From contig CP068257.2 in assembly GCA_009914755.4 (NCBI GenBank), positions 13,248,001 through 13,312,000 on the forward strand: 64,000 bases of DNA. The letters are read 5' to 3'. This document shows positions 1 to 18,299 of this stretch, in pieces (position 1 is the first letter of the stretch; each line of letters opens with the position of its first letter). The stretch comes from the human T2T-CHM13v2.0 reference genome, Homo sapiens. Under the pieces are notes generated by a model. That model had not been told where the DNA came from, did not search any database, and saw nothing but the letters and a program-made list of their open reading frames with translations. A program made the translations under genes and the position numbers.

Positions 1-24
1 TGACAGAGAGAGACCCTGTCTCAG

Positions 25-52
<28 letters not shown>
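1..52 (+). mobile_element. Alu 3' end with poly(A) tail; the Alu body lies upstream of the window
   Basis: gacagagagagaccctgtctcagaaaaaa... is the canonical Alu right-arm terminus followed by an A-run of ~30. Confidence 0.7.
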
Positions 53-67
<15 letters not shown>

Positions 68-72
68 TATAG
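53..72. repeat. (AT)n simple repeat directly after the Alu A-tail
   Basis: atatatatatatatatatat. Confidence 0.85.
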
Positions 73-1011
73 AGCATAGCGTGGTTCTCCTAAGACTCAA
101 GCTACATATTCATACTGGTTTTCAACTTTCATAAAAGATTCCGTGTGATTTCACTTCTTATCTACTAATACACCATATCCAATTAATACCAAATTATGTC
201 TTATCTAATATTATTATTTTCCCTGGCCCCAAGTCTTTCTTACGTATTATTTAGTTACACTGGCAATCACCCAGAATTTAGTTGCGCTTCCTTTATTCTG
301 TATCACTTTTATCAATCATGTACCCCAAACTCAATTTTAATCAATTAATAATGACACATACATCCATTTACATACAAAATATAGACAACGATTTTTATAA
401 AAGAATCTATATATGTTCAATAGGTTTGGGGCTAAATATTATTCTCTTTTATACCTATCAGATTGCATTCATTGTAATTCTATGTACATAAAATACGTTC
501 AATAGCTTCTTTTTCTTGTAAATTTTCATCTTTTTAAGACACAAAACAGTAGACTTATCTATCACTGTCCTATATATTATGGTCAAAGAGAGAAAAGGGC
601 ATATTATTCTGCTTAGAAAGGAGTTAACCATAGCAGTCATATATGGAGTTATCTGTCCAGGACCCTCATCTGGGAAGTGCCTGTGTTCCTCACTCCATTT
701 GTGCGGTTATCACAGAAGGTGTCCTATGGCCACAGTTAATTGGCTCAACAGTAGACATTAGACCTAAGATGACCTCATCACAGTCCCTTCCCCAGACTTC
801 ATTTCCTAGCTAAAGCATATAAGTCCAGGCTGGGCACCTGATTCAAACGGAAAAAACTGGAATTCACCTTTGGGAATATTGCATCTAGAAGTGAGAAGTA
901 TACATTGGGTCTCTGAACTGTGATGTATGAAACTAAAAGGTCAACTATCAGTAACTGAATTTCCAGTCATGTAGAACAGAAAAGGGGAAAAAGTAAGAGA
1001 AAGAAAAAAAA

Positions 1012-1057
1012 GTGAGTGTGTGTGTGTATGTATGTGTGTGTGTGTGTGTGTGTGTGC
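1012..1057. repeat. (GT)n microsatellite with (GTAT) interruptions
   Basis: gtgagtgtgtgtgtgtatgtatgtgtgtgtgtgtgtgtgtgtgtg. Confidence 0.95.
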
Positions 1058-1769
1058 AAGTAACAGAAGTGGGAGCCATGTAGATTCTTAATGGTGCTGG
1101 AGTCTGTGTTTCTAATGGTACCTCAAGTCCAGCTACATTTCTACCTTTGAGTCTTCTAAATCTTCCACCTTGCTCAAATTAGTTTGAATTGGATTCTGTT
1201 ATATATAAGCCAGTGGGTTCTTATGAATAAAATTCCTACCATCTAAACTTATCAAATGCAAGGTTAAGCCTCAAAAAGGTCGGTGCACTTGTCAGAAACA
1301 TGTAGAAAGTAACTTATGAAAGAAAAATGAACTTATGAAAAGAAAAAAATCACACATTAATTTCTTGTCAATGAATCTGACTGGCTAATTTTCCATTTCT
1401 AGGATGTTGTCTTCAGTGGCAGGAAGGTTTAAACCCATCGTTCCCATTAGAGTTTACACTAGGAGCAATAATGAACCTTAAATGATTCTTAAACATGGAA
1501 TCTAAGTGGAGTCAAGAACAGAATTATATTGAATCTTCATTTTAAAAGCTACGTGAGCCATATTTATTCTTTTAAAATGGAGCAAATATGTTCTGAAACC
1601 CAAAAAGAGGTGAGTTACTTAAGCAAGCCCAACATTAGGCCGGTAGTATCATTTCAGATGCTCATAGCCATCATAGGGACATAGAAGATATTCCAAAGTG
1701 ATTTCTATCAATCCTAGTTTCCATTTCTCACCTGAACTTTCTACTCTCTCTTTGTAGACTTTGACTTTG

Positions 1770-1930
1770 GGTTGTGGAGGCAGACTGCTGGGTTTCCAAT
1801 CTCCAGTCTGCCACTTACTATCTGTGGGACCTTGAGTGAATTACTTAGCATCTCTGTGCCTCAGTTTCTTGGTCTGTAAAATAATATGAAAACAGGGCCC
1901 CCACAAGTGGTAGCTGAGAATAGTAAATGA
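1770..1930 (+). mobile_element. MIR SINE fragment (core region)
   Basis: ctgccacttactatctgtgggaccttgagtgaattacttagcatctctgtgcctcagtttcttggtctgtaaaat matches the MIR core (ctgccacttactagctgtgtgaccttgggcaagt...cctcagtttcctcatctgtaaaatgg). Confidence 0.6.
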
Positions 1931-4451
1931 GTTAATAGATGTAAAGGAATTGGAAGAAAACCTGGCAGATAATGAGCACTCGACAATGTTAGCTCTTATT
2001 ATTTAGAGGCCATGAATCCCTTAATTTTGCAGCTTCAAATAAAGCACTCACACAGACACAAACTTGCTGGTGATTTAAATAAGGAAACATAAATCAAAGG
2101 TAAATTTTAATTAAATCAGTTAATGGCACATGGATCAGTTGGGAAATGAGTTTACTTCAGAAATTATTTCTAAGAGTGTTCCTCATAAAACAATATGACC
2201 ACATTAGATATATAGTTAAGGGAAACATTAAAAATATATAATGTGTAACCTTTCAATTTTCACTTAACAGCTGCCTTTATATTATTATTATTCAAAGTGA
2301 TTTTTAGATAAGGGGACTTATGAATGATTTTCTCAAAAAAAATCGATACCAGTTTGATCAGTCTTGAGGATACTGGGTCATAGCAACTACCAGTACTCAG
2401 ACATTGGGGAATTGTTCAGGGAAAAGGCAGCAACTTTGAAGTATCCTCAAGAATAAGAAGGGCATGTTGAAACAATTAATCATAAACAAGTCATTCAAAT
2501 TAAAAGTGTATTCTTAAATAGTTTCTTGATTAAGAACAAATGCCTCATTAATCTGGAACATATTGACTTGAGAACACAAGTAAAGTCAAAGAGAGTAATG
2601 ACTGACATGACGTGGAACACAGCATGCTGTGTGTTCCCATCACAAAAGCTTTGGAGGAACAGATTCCACAGAAGGTCACTGGAGACAGTGAACTGAAGAG
2701 AAAACCCAGCATCACCCAATGACGCAAAGGTAAATTTTTAAAAATCTAGATTACAGAGAACATTGGGTACCAGTAGCACTGACACTATTTCCATCTATAG
2801 ATTCTGAGTTCATTTCATTTATTTCAGGCATGCAAATAAGTCTAAACCCAAGATCTAAAAAATAAAAAATAAAGATATATCTAAAAGAAATAGGCATCTA
2901 ATTTTAAAGAAACTTACTGTCCTCCCCCGACTCCCACTTCCCAAGTGTTAGTTAAGAATGTGACTAGAAGTTAAAAACCAACGAAAATAGCTTTGAAGAA
3001 AATTCTAGTATAATTATTAGATGATACTAGATTGGATATTCTTTGGATCACACTAAAGCTACATTTCTTAAAGGAGTATATATAGTACCTAGTAAATATA
3101 ATAATAAATGTGAGATGTGCATAAAAATCACACACATAATTTTTAAAAACCGATCAGACATTAAATGCCCATAGGAGGATGACTCTGCAGTTTTTAAAGA
3201 TTAAATCTGGTTTTGGAATAGTCGTCAAAATATGTGTCATATTCTGAAAGGCTTTATAATTTCATCTTCTAGAAGGTAAGCTTCATGAGGAAAGGAACTT
3301 TTTCCCATCTTGACCACTACTATATCCTCAGAACAGTGCTTAGGACATAATAGATACTCCATATGTATTTAATGAATAAGTAATTTCAACAGTGGCTGAA
3401 ATTCTAACCTGGATATATCTGTTGTGATTCTAGTTTTAACAATTGGCCTCAGGACTTTTTCTTGCAGTTGGCCCCTTATCCATGCCCCCTCACACCTTCC
3501 CTGTACTCAGCCCCTGTACTCAGCATGACTTCCACACAGATGTCTGCTTATAATGAAGAGAAAGAAAATCTCCATGAAAGATTATAAATGGTTGGGATGA
3601 ATATTATGTGCAAAGAATTTCCCAAATTCCATTATCTAAAGTATGGCACAAAAAATTACCATCATCTTTCCAATACTAGAATAAATTCTTCTGAAGACAA
3701 AATTTAACATAATTTATAGAGTCAGATTCTAGATATGACTATATTATTTTTACTTAAATAACATACTCATTTCAAACTTCAAGACAAGGAAAAGAGAATT
3801 TTTTTCTAGAAAGAAGAAAGCAGCGTAATGAGAAAGAAGGGAAAGTAGAGTTCTACCACTCTAAGTAGCTATAATCAGACTTTGTTTTCAGCAATGTTTA
3901 AACCTCATCACTCCCAAAGTTTTAATCTTGACAGCAGGATAGCAAAGGAAAATATTGGAACACAACCAGGACTAGAACATTTCTTATTTCTTAGATCTAC
4001 ACCCAGCTTGTGCTGGAATACAAATTACCATAGCCTCTGCTCATGAAAACAAATAATCCAGTTAGAGGTACAAGGCTAGCAAACAAGACACATAACTATA
4101 TACTGCCTTATATTCACTCATGTACTAAATTGTGTGGAACAATTCCTAAATGTTACACAGCCTAGAGATGAGAGGTAATTCTAGCATCTAGCACAGTGTC
4201 CAGCACATATTAGACATGCAATAAATACTTGATAAGTAAATGAAAGCTTGAATGAGAGAATGAATAAATAAGTGCTTTTAGAAGAGGTGAATCTTGTTTA
4301 GAATCCTGGAGAATGATGCTAAGCACTCGATTTGTATCTTCCACAAATGACATTTCAATGTTTCCTACCTCTCTGTCTTCTCCCACATGATAGAAACTGT
4401 ATCAACCTTGTGCAGAAAACAAAAGAGAAGCAAGAAAATCCAATTGTTTTC

Positions 4452-4542
4452 TTTTTTTTTTTTTTTTCTTTTTGAGACGGAGTCTCGCTCTGTAGCCCAG
4501 CCTGGAGTGCAGTGGCGCGATCTCAGCTCACTGCAAGCTCCG
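4452..4542 (-). mobile_element. 5'-truncated Alu, minus orientation: only ~70 bp of the Alu 3' end plus a ~22-nt T tract, flanked by a 17-19 bp target-site duplication
   Basis: T-run then gagacggagtctcgctctgtagcccagcctggagtgcagtggcgcgatctcagctcactgcaagctccg. Flanks gaaaatccaattgttttctt (4434-4453) and gaaaacccaactgttttctt (4543-4562) form the TSD. Confidence 0.85.
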
Positions 4543-4590
4543 AGAAAACCCAACTGTTTTCTTAATAATATTGGTAGTCTTGGAGACTTG

Positions 4591-4742
4591 ACCCGAAAAA
4601 ATTATTCAATAGGGCTGATTGTCCATAGGTCTGTAGTTTATAATTAAATCTGTTTACAATGGGAATACTACATCATAATGCAACCAGTAACAAGCCCATC
4701 AGAGTTAAACACTTGCTAGAATTATCATTATAAATCCCTGGT
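4591..4742 (+). repeat. Copy 1 of a ~150-bp low-copy direct repeat (family unknown); its partner is at 6003-6157
   Basis: attattcaatagggctgattgtccataggtctgtagtttataattaaatctgtttacaatgggaatactacatcataatgcaaccagtaacaagcccatcagagttaaacacttgctagaattatcattataaatccctggt is ~93% identical to 6003-6157. Confidence 0.7.
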
Positions 4743-4963
4743 TTCGATTATTCACAATTAGGTTGTAGAAGTTTTATTTTTTCTTTAAATATAATCATAA
4801 AGTTCTCATTTGGGATATATATATATCCTAGAAATTTTCTAACTATAATGTGTGCTGCTCTTAGGAATTTTCAAAGAAAACAATGAGAACAATTTTCAAG
4901 AAAAATGACTAAAACAAATTTTAAAAATTCTTAAAATCAATCCAAAGAAACTTTGCAAATCTC

Positions 4964-5276
<313 letters not shown>

Positions 5277-6002
5277 TCAATCTCTATATCAAGGTTTTCC
5301 CCCTAGAACTCATGTCTCTACAGTTCTTTTGAATTATTTCAGAATCTGTAAAACCCCATGAAATAAACTCATATAAGAGCAATTCACTGTGTCTAGGAAA
5401 CTGTATCCAGTAAGGGTCCTTGGCATACCAGGGAATATATTGGGCTTGGAATTAAGAAACTTGGGTTTACTTCTACTCCTAATTAACTGGTTAAACTTCA
5501 ACAGGACCCTTTCACTTTTCTGGGCCCCTTCCTTATTTATTGAATTAGGGTGTTGGAATGGATAATCCATAGGTTTTCCTAGCCTTAATTAAGGATGGGA
5601 GCCAGTTGTCAATACAGCATAGTTAGGTATTAGAAGCAATTATAATTAGAACTAAAATGCCTCTGCTCATATCTGAGTTCTCTTCTAGGTCTTGTCCCAG
5701 GCACATACTTTATTTCTCTACATAATGTTTTCCTCATCTATAAAAAGGGAGTGATAACAATACATATCCCATGAGAGTTCATCATGATTAAATGAAATAT
5801 AGCACATGAAGCACTCATCGTAGAATATGGCACCTATCAGTACTCAATGTTAGTTGGCAGTATTATGTATCTATAACTTTTTTCAGTTTTCAGAAAGGAC
5901 TGGGAGAATGAAGTCTTATCATTGGATGTCAAGAAATCCTTCAGCCAGTTATTAAATTTGTTTACAGCTGGCAGGCCTGCAACACCAATAATCAAAGTAT
6001 CC

Positions 6003-6157
6003 TTGTATAGGATTATTCAATAGGGCTGATTGTCCATAGGTCTATAGTTTATAATTAAGTCTACTTACAATGGGAATACCACATCATAATGCAACCAGTA
6101 ACAAGCCCATCAGAGTTAAATACTTGCTAGAATTCTCATTATAAATCCCTGGTGCAA
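6003..6157 (+). repeat. Copy 2 of the ~150-bp low-copy direct repeat
   Basis: ggattattcaatagggctgattgtccataggtctatagtttataattaagtctacttacaatgggaataccacatcataatgcaaccagtaacaagcccatcagagttaaatacttgctagaattctcattataaatccctggtg. Confidence 0.7.
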
Positions 6158-6201
6158 ACTCTTTTTTGCCTTTAATTCTTTTGAAGGGATCCCAGGTTTC
6201 A

Positions 6202-6671
<470 letters not shown>

Positions 6672-7609
6672 TCAGCAACATCTATATCTTGAAAATAGCC
6701 TTAACATGTAACATCAGAAGCAAGCAAAAGAAGAATTTGATCTACAAAACCTGGTTTTGGTAATCCATTCAAGTCAGCATTTTAATGGGGCTATGTACAT
6801 TTTCCGAAATGCTTGCCCACTTCTGGCCATGCTTCACTAATACCCAAGTCACCAAGCAGACAGCACTATCTAACCAACAACTGGGGCCCTCTGGTAACCA
6901 GTGTCCCTGTACCAGTAACACATGCTGCCAAAGTTCTAGGGCTTCAATCATGATAATAAAAATTAATAAAAAATTGAGCATCCCAGAGCAACACAGATAG
7001 TTTTATGAGGGAGACACAGGGCTAATTTAATAAGATGGAACTTATTAAATTCCAGGATGTAAAAACCCTGGATCCTATATTTCAAATTGTTTCTCAGTAT
7101 TGAGTGTTATCCAGCATGCATCAAGCATTTAAAGGGTGAGATGTGATTACCTTCTTTCTCAAAATGCAGAAAAGCCTTTGTTAAGGAAATCATTTCTACA
7201 ACCTTCTTGGTAATAGTAAGAAATTTAAGGTGTCTGTGCTTGTAGCCACTTCTGTCTAAAGAAGCATGTTGTGTGAAAGGTGATCCATCCCATTTCCTGG
7301 CCACAGCTGACTGGATGTGGGGAAAACAATGACCCACCAAATGGCTCATCCACAGATAAGACAGCAATCTGTGACTCCTGTGGCCTAGCCAATCAGATTC
7401 TCCCTCTTAGGAATCAGTTCTAAGAGATTCAAAGGGCTATGTCCAATGAACTGTTTTCCTTTCATGAAAGGAAAGTTTGAGGCTGAAGCCATGAAAAAAT
7501 CAGGATAGGTGCAGCCATCTGGGCTCTGTGAATAATGAATGAATCAGCAGAAGCAGTCAGTTAGGATAGAGAGAGTACTAGAAAAAAAGCAGATTAAGAG
7601 GAAACATCC

Positions 7610-7920
7610 AAGACCAGACACAGTGGCTCACACCTGTAATCCCAAACCTTTGGGAGGCCAAAGCAGGCAGACCATTTGAGCCCAGGAGTTGGAGACCAGC
7701 CTGGGCAACATGGCAAAACCCAATCTCCACTAAAAATACCAAAAAATTAGCTGGGCATGGTAGCCAGTGCCTGTAGTCCCAGCTACTCAGGAGGCTAAAG
7801 TAGAAGGATCACCTGAGCCTGGGAAGTTGAGGCTGCAGTGAGCTGTGATCCCACAACTGTATTCCAGCCTGAGCAAAAGATCAAGAGCATGTCTTAAAAC
7901 AAAACAAAACAAAGCAAAAA
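7610..7920 (+). mobile_element. Full-length older Alu (AluJ/S-like, diverged)
   Basis: agaccagacacagtggctcacacctgtaatcccaaacctttgggaggccaaagcaggcag...ctgcagtgagctgtgatcccacaactgtattccagcctgagcaaaagatcaag, then a (caaaa)n tail. Confidence 0.85.
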
Positions 7921-9934
7921 TTAGAAAAACATAGCCCTTGAAAGAGACATCTTGAGAGATGAGTCAGTTTTGAGAGAAGGGCTGATTCAGTTCTGTAGGT
8001 TTGGTGTTCAGTTTGATCTGGATTCCTGTGAGACCTCGTTCTCTCACTTAAATTAAACTCCTTGAGCTGGCCTTCTTCCTTATGACTTAAAAAGCCCAAT
8101 TCAAACACTTCTCTTTCAGTAATACATTCTTTTTTTCCACTGGAATTTGTTAGTATTGTCTTTCCAAAGCTTTGGATAACATAAACATTGGCTTAAAAGT
8201 CATTTTTTAAAATCATTTCAGCCATTTGGTGACCCTAAGAGAGTACACATACTTTTATAGGGTTTCACAGAAATTCCAAGACAAAGGATTAATGTATTGT
8301 TTCTGTGAGTTTCTATTCAATTCAAATTTTATAATTCAAAAATTTTAAGTTGTTATCAACCACAGTAAGAATTATAAGAATGCTATCTATAATTTTAAAG
8401 AGAATGTTTTGCGCTAACAACTGAAACATTTATTGAAAAGAAATTTTTATCGGTCTTATAGGGCTTTTGTGTGAATTTAGCAAAGTTAGCATGTATATAA
8501 GGCACAAGTACCATCGGAAAAGTTCTAAAAAGAATTAGTTATGTAGTTATTTCATATCCACAGTGCAAGGGCAAGGTTGAACAGAACTTTTCTCCATATA
8601 GTTGCTCAAACTGCCCAGTGATTTTCTTTCTTTCTTTTTTTTATAGTGCTTTGTTGAAATGGTTTAAGGGCTCCACTGACTGAAAGTTAACCCCCAGTAT
8701 GCATTGGCTGCTGAGTGTTTTTTGTTTTACTCACCGGCCCTTGAGTACCGTGTTTAATTTCCACACCACAGTAATGTGAATGATCTAGGTAATCTCACAT
8801 AATGGTTTGCTATAGGACACCCAAACCTTCATCCCAGGAATACTTGGAACAAGATGAAACAAGATGAGTCACTTGTGGTGAAGCCACACTAACCATGCTG
8901 CCAGGGTCTTACTGTACTTTGCTTCTGGAAGGCCTCATTAAGCAAAGGTGCCAAGTTACATGCTTGATGAGGAGATTGATTCTTGAGTCCTTGCTTACAA
9001 CCAGAGTATCTGGGTAAGAACCAAAGACCTCTGAGTGGAACCTATCAAAAGTCATGCATAAGAGAGCCACAGGGTAAGAAGAAGTGAAATTTGAAGGGGA
9101 CTTCCGGTGACCTCATCACCTATAAGAAAGAAAAGTCTAGTAGTTCTGTTCTTGGAATACTTGTTCTGTTAAGATTTAGCAAAACAGTTTGACCAATAGA
9201 TTTTTAAGGTTTCTTGCTGGTTCTTAAGCCATAAGACTGCAAACAAACTCTCCTAAGGTCAGACATGTTGAGGTATTTATGCTACAGTCAAAAGGGTTGC
9301 TTATGCCTTGCTTAATATACGCATAGAGAGATCGCAAATTACATCTATAATTTTCCATACAACAAATCAAATTTGGCCCATAAATAAAGAAGTCAACTTA
9401 TGAAAGTTACAAAAGAAATTTGTAAAGTTTTAGAACTACTAAAATTATTGGATCCAGAAAACCGAATGTAATTCCACACTGAGAATACTCGATGTATCAC
9501 GTGTTTCTGGCTTCAAATCATGTGTCACTGAAAACAAAGAAAGGAGGTTTTTAAAATTATGTTCCCGGTTGTAAATATTTGCAGATTGACATGATTTCTC
9601 TTTCTAGTTATTTTTTTCCATGTAATGGATGAAACACTATCTTTTTCCTTCTTTATTCATGAAACTCCAATGTCATCAAGCCTCAGTTTGTGACTGGAAT
9701 GAAGGCACATTAATATATGCCCACAAAGTTACAGACTTCTTTCTGCTCCCTGCTTCTAGAAAACCTTAGGATTGGAAGAGTTTCTCCCACCACCCAAGAA
9801 ATTCTGGCACGTTCCAGAGAATGACTTTGCTGGTGAAGAGACAGCTGGTTGTGCTGGTATGAATACGTCTGGTTTTTTGCCATGGTTCATGGGACATAAG
9901 GGGTCTAAGTCCACTGATCATGAAGAATATTACC

Positions 9935-10313
<379 letters not shown>

Positions 10314-11899
10314 TCAATCTTCCTTGCTGTGCACATGCTGGATTCCATCCAGAAATCAGAAAAAATATGTCTAGCTCCTGAATTCACAGGACTCAGAACT
10401 ATTCATTCACCCCTTCCAGGAAGTCAATACCATATTATCCTCTGCATTTCCTACATTCTCATCTCTCAGAGCCCTATCGGGCCTTCAGATATAAAATGTT
10501 CCCTTTCTCCTCTCTTCTTCCTTCTCCAAATGTAAATCAGGCATGCAAATATATGCCTGGGAGAATTGCCGAATCCATAAAGCTGTTCTCAGTTTAGGCT
10601 AAGCAGAGATCACAGTCTATATCTACATTTGCTCTGTTGGAACATGAGATTACAATAGTTAATAAAGATGAGATACAGAGTAACCTTTACACCTTAGGCT
10701 TTTGTATTTTTCAGTAAGAAGAATGTCACAGTTCTTCCTAGCTTGCCAAAGAAATTGAATAAAAATGTACTGAACTAGGAGTAAAACTTTGTGCTGGCTA
10801 GGTAAAATGACATGTGATATTGTTCACAGGAAATAATGGAAAACAGAAAGATTTTCCATCTTGTCAAGCAGATGGAATGGGCTTGGATAGAAAGAAGAGA
10901 GGAAAATGATAGAATAAACACCAGTTGTGAACTCTGCTAAGAGAACTGGTAGGTTTTATATATTAAAGAGATGGGCTAAAGTGGTTTATAAGAAAATGTA
11001 ATGTATTTTACTAGTGTAATTTTACGTCATCTGGTATTATACATGGCATATAGAGTGCAAGAAATTTGCAAGTGGGAAAACTGAGGTTTTCAATAGAAAT
11101 ATTGAGTTGGCTCATGAGCCTGGATGCACTACAAAATAGTGAGATGACTCGGGAGCAACTCAGGCCGAGGAGTGACCCACTTGAAGACTGGCAAAGTGGG
11201 AGCTGAGACAGAAGACAGGAAAGTGGATGCTTGAATGAAGGTCACAACAGCCATAAAGAAAAGAAAAGGCAGAATATCTATTGAAAAATGACGACTCCAT
11301 TGACAGAAAGAGAAAATTAATTTAGAAGACAATTTGTGTGCTCTGTAAATCTTCAGTTGTCACAGCAAAGAGGAAAGTTTTCTCTGTTCTTTTTTTTCTT
11401 ATTTTTTTTGTGGGTACATAGTAGGTGTATATATTTATGGGGTACGTGAGATATTTTGATATAGGCATACAATGCATAACAATCACATCAGGGTAAATAG
11501 AGTATCCATCACCTAAGCATTTATCCTTTCTTTGTGTTACAGACAATCCAATTATACTCTTTTCGTTATTTTCAAATGTACAATGAATTATTGGTGACTA
11601 CAGACACTTTGTTGTGCGATCAAACACTAGATCTTATTCATTCTATATAACTATATTTTTGTACCCATTAACCATCCCCGTTTCCTTCCCTCACCCCCAC
11701 CCTGACCTCTCTACCCTACCACCCTTCCCAGCCTCTGATAGCCATCATTATACTCTGTTTCCATGATTTCAATTGTTTTCATTTTTATCTCCCACAAATA
11801 AGTGAGAACATGCACATTTTATCTTTGTGTGCCTGGCTTATTTCACTATACATAATGTCTCCCAGTTCTATCTATGGCATTGCAAATGGCAGGATCTCA

Positions 11900-15880
<3,981 letters not shown>

Positions 15881-16377
15881 TGATAAGTAAGGATTTACTC
15901 TTGCTGTTTTGTTGTTTTCTGATTGTTTTGTGGTCTTTTATTCCTTTATTCCTTCCTTCCTATCTTTCTTTAGTGAAGGTGCATTTCTCTGGTGGTATGT
16001 TTTAATGTCTTGCTTTTTATTTTTTGTGTGTTTGTTGTAGGTTTTTTTATTTGACATTATCATGAGGCTTGCAAGGAATATCTTATAACCTGTTATTTTA
16101 AACTGATGATAACTTACCACTGATTATATAAACAAACTAACAAGCAAAAAAAAAAAAAACCTTAATAAAAAGTCTACATTTTAACTTTATCCCTCCTTTT
16201 TAACTTTTTGTTGTTTCTATTTAGTTCTTATCATAATGTCTATGTCTTGAAAAGTTGTACATCTTATTTTTGACAGGTTCATCTTTTGGTCTTTCTACTC
16301 AACGTATGTGTAGTTTGCACTCCACAATTACAGTGTGATGATATTGATGATATTTTGTCTTACTGTGTCCTTGTCCT

Positions 16378-16720
16378 TCTTTTTTTTTTTTTTTTTTTTT
16401 TTTTGAGATAGGGTCTCACTCTTCCAGGCTGGAGTGGAGTGGCTCAATTTTGGCTCACTACAACCTCCGCCTCCCAGGCACAAGCAATCCTCCCACCTCA
16501 GCATCCCAAGTAGCGTGAACCACCACACCTGGCTAATTTTTGTGTTTTTTTTTAGAGATGGGTTTTGTATTTTTAGTAAGATGGATTTTGTGTTTTATGT
16601 AGAGATATTTTTTGTAGAAATGGGTTTCCTCATGTCTCCCAGGCTTGTCTCAAACTCCTGAGCTCAAGTGATCCTCCTTTCTTGGCCTCCCACAATGCTG
16701 AGATTACACCATGCCTGGCC
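16378..16720 (-). mobile_element. Alu (AluJ/S-like) nested between ORF1 and ORF2 of the old L1; carries an internal ~22-bp motif repeated three times
   Basis: poly-T, then gagatagggtctcactcttccaggctggagtggagtggctcaattttggctcactacaacctccgcc...ggcctcccacaatgctgagattacaccatgcctggcc. Internal tttttagagatgggttttgtatttttagtaagatggattttgtgttttatgtagagatattttttgtagaaatggg. Confidence 0.85.
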
Positions 16721-17604
16721 TGTACTTACTATTAACAGTGAGTTTTGTACCTTCAGATGATTTCTTACTGCTCATTAACATCCTTTTTATTTGAGATTGA
16801 AGAACTCCTTTTAGCATTCCTTTTAAGACAGGTCCAGTGTTGAAATCCCTCAGCTTTTGTTGGTCTAGGAAAGTATTTCTCCTTCATGTTTGAAGGATAT
16901 TTTCACTGGATGTACTATTCTAGGATAAAAGTTTTTTCTTCATCACTGTGAATATGTCATGCCACTGTCTCCTAGCCTGTGAAGTTTCCAATGAGAAACT
17001 TCTCTGCCAGGCATATTGAAGCTCCTTTTTATGTTATTTTTTTCCCTTGCTGTTTTTAAGATCCATTCTTTATCCTAGACCTTTAGGAGTTTGATTATTA
17101 AATGTTTTGAGGTAGTCTTATTTTGATTAAGGTGTTCTATAGCCTTCTTGTACTTGATTATTAGTATCTTTTTCTAGATTTCAGAGGTTCTCTGTTCTTA
17201 TACCTTTGAATAAACTTTCTATCCCTATCTCTCTTTCTATCTTCTCTTTAAGGCCAATAACTCTTAAATTTGCCCTTTTGAGGCAATCTTCTAGATCTTG
17301 TAGGCATACTTCATTCTTTTTTATTCTTTTTTCTTTTGTCTCTTCTGACTATGTATTTTAAATAACCTATCTTCAAGCTCACTAATACTTTCTTTGGCTT
17401 GATTAATTCTGCTGTTAAAAGTCTGATGTACTCTTCAGTATGTCGTACTCTTCAGTATGTCGATTGCATTTTCAGTTCTAGAATTTCTGCTTGATTCTTT
17501 TTAATTATTTTAATTAATTTGTTTAATTTATCTGATAGGATTCCAAATTCCTTCTCTGTGTCATCCTGAATTTTGTTGTGCTTCCTCAAAACAGCTATTT
17601 TGTT
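16720..17604 (-). pseudogene. Degenerate ORF1 of the old L1
   Basis: Minus-strand translation contains NKIQDDTEKEFGILSDKLNKLIKIIKKNQAEILELK (the L1 ORF1 coiled-coil region) and downstream RRM/CTD-like remnants (..KVKDKERILKTAREKK..). Confidence 0.65.
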
Positions 17605-17909
17605 GTTTTTGTCTATTTTCTTTTTTTGAGACAGGGGCTCACTCAGTCCTCCAGGCTGAAGTGCAATGGTGTGATCATGGCTCAATGCAGCCTCTACCTC
17701 CCAGGCTCAAGCAATCCTCCTGCCTGATCCTCCGAAGTAATTGAGATCACAGACATATGATATCACCATACCCAGCTAATTAATAAAATTTTTTTTGTAG
17801 AGATGGGGTCCCACTATGTTGCCCAGACTGGTTTGAAACTCCTGGGCTCAAGTAGTCCTCGTCTCACCCTCGCAAAGTGCTGGAATTACAGACATGAGCC
17901 ACTGCACCC
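17605..17909 (-). mobile_element. Alu (AluJ-like) nested in the ORF1 / 5'UTR region of the old L1, with TSD acagctattttg
   Basis: ctttttttgagacaggggctcactcagtcctccaggctgaagtgcaatggtgtgatcatggctcaatgcagcctctacctcccaggctcaagcaatcctcctgcc...ctcaccctcgcaaagtgctggaattacagacatgagccactgcaccc. TSD at 17592-17604 and 17914-17926. Confidence 0.85.
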
Positions 17910-18299
17910 AAACAAACAGCTATTTTGGATCATCTGTCTGAGAGTTCACATACTTCGGTCTCTCTGGACTGGGCACTGGTGTCTCATTTAGTTTGGTTAG
18001 GTCATGTTTTTCTGGGTGGTCTTGATGCTTGTGGATGTTCATTGGTATCTGGGCATTGAATATTTAGGTATTTATTGAAGTCTTTACAGTCTGTGCTTGT
18101 TTTTACCCATCCTTCTTGGAAAGCTTTCCGATAATTCAAAGGGACCTGAATGTTATGATCTAAGTCTTTGGTCACTGTAGCCATGTCTCCATTTAGAGGA
18201 CATCCCAAGGCCAGTAGCACTGTGGCTCTTGCAGTCTCATAGATGTACCACTTTGGTGCTCTTGGGTAAGATCTGGAGGAATTCCTTGAATTACCAGGG

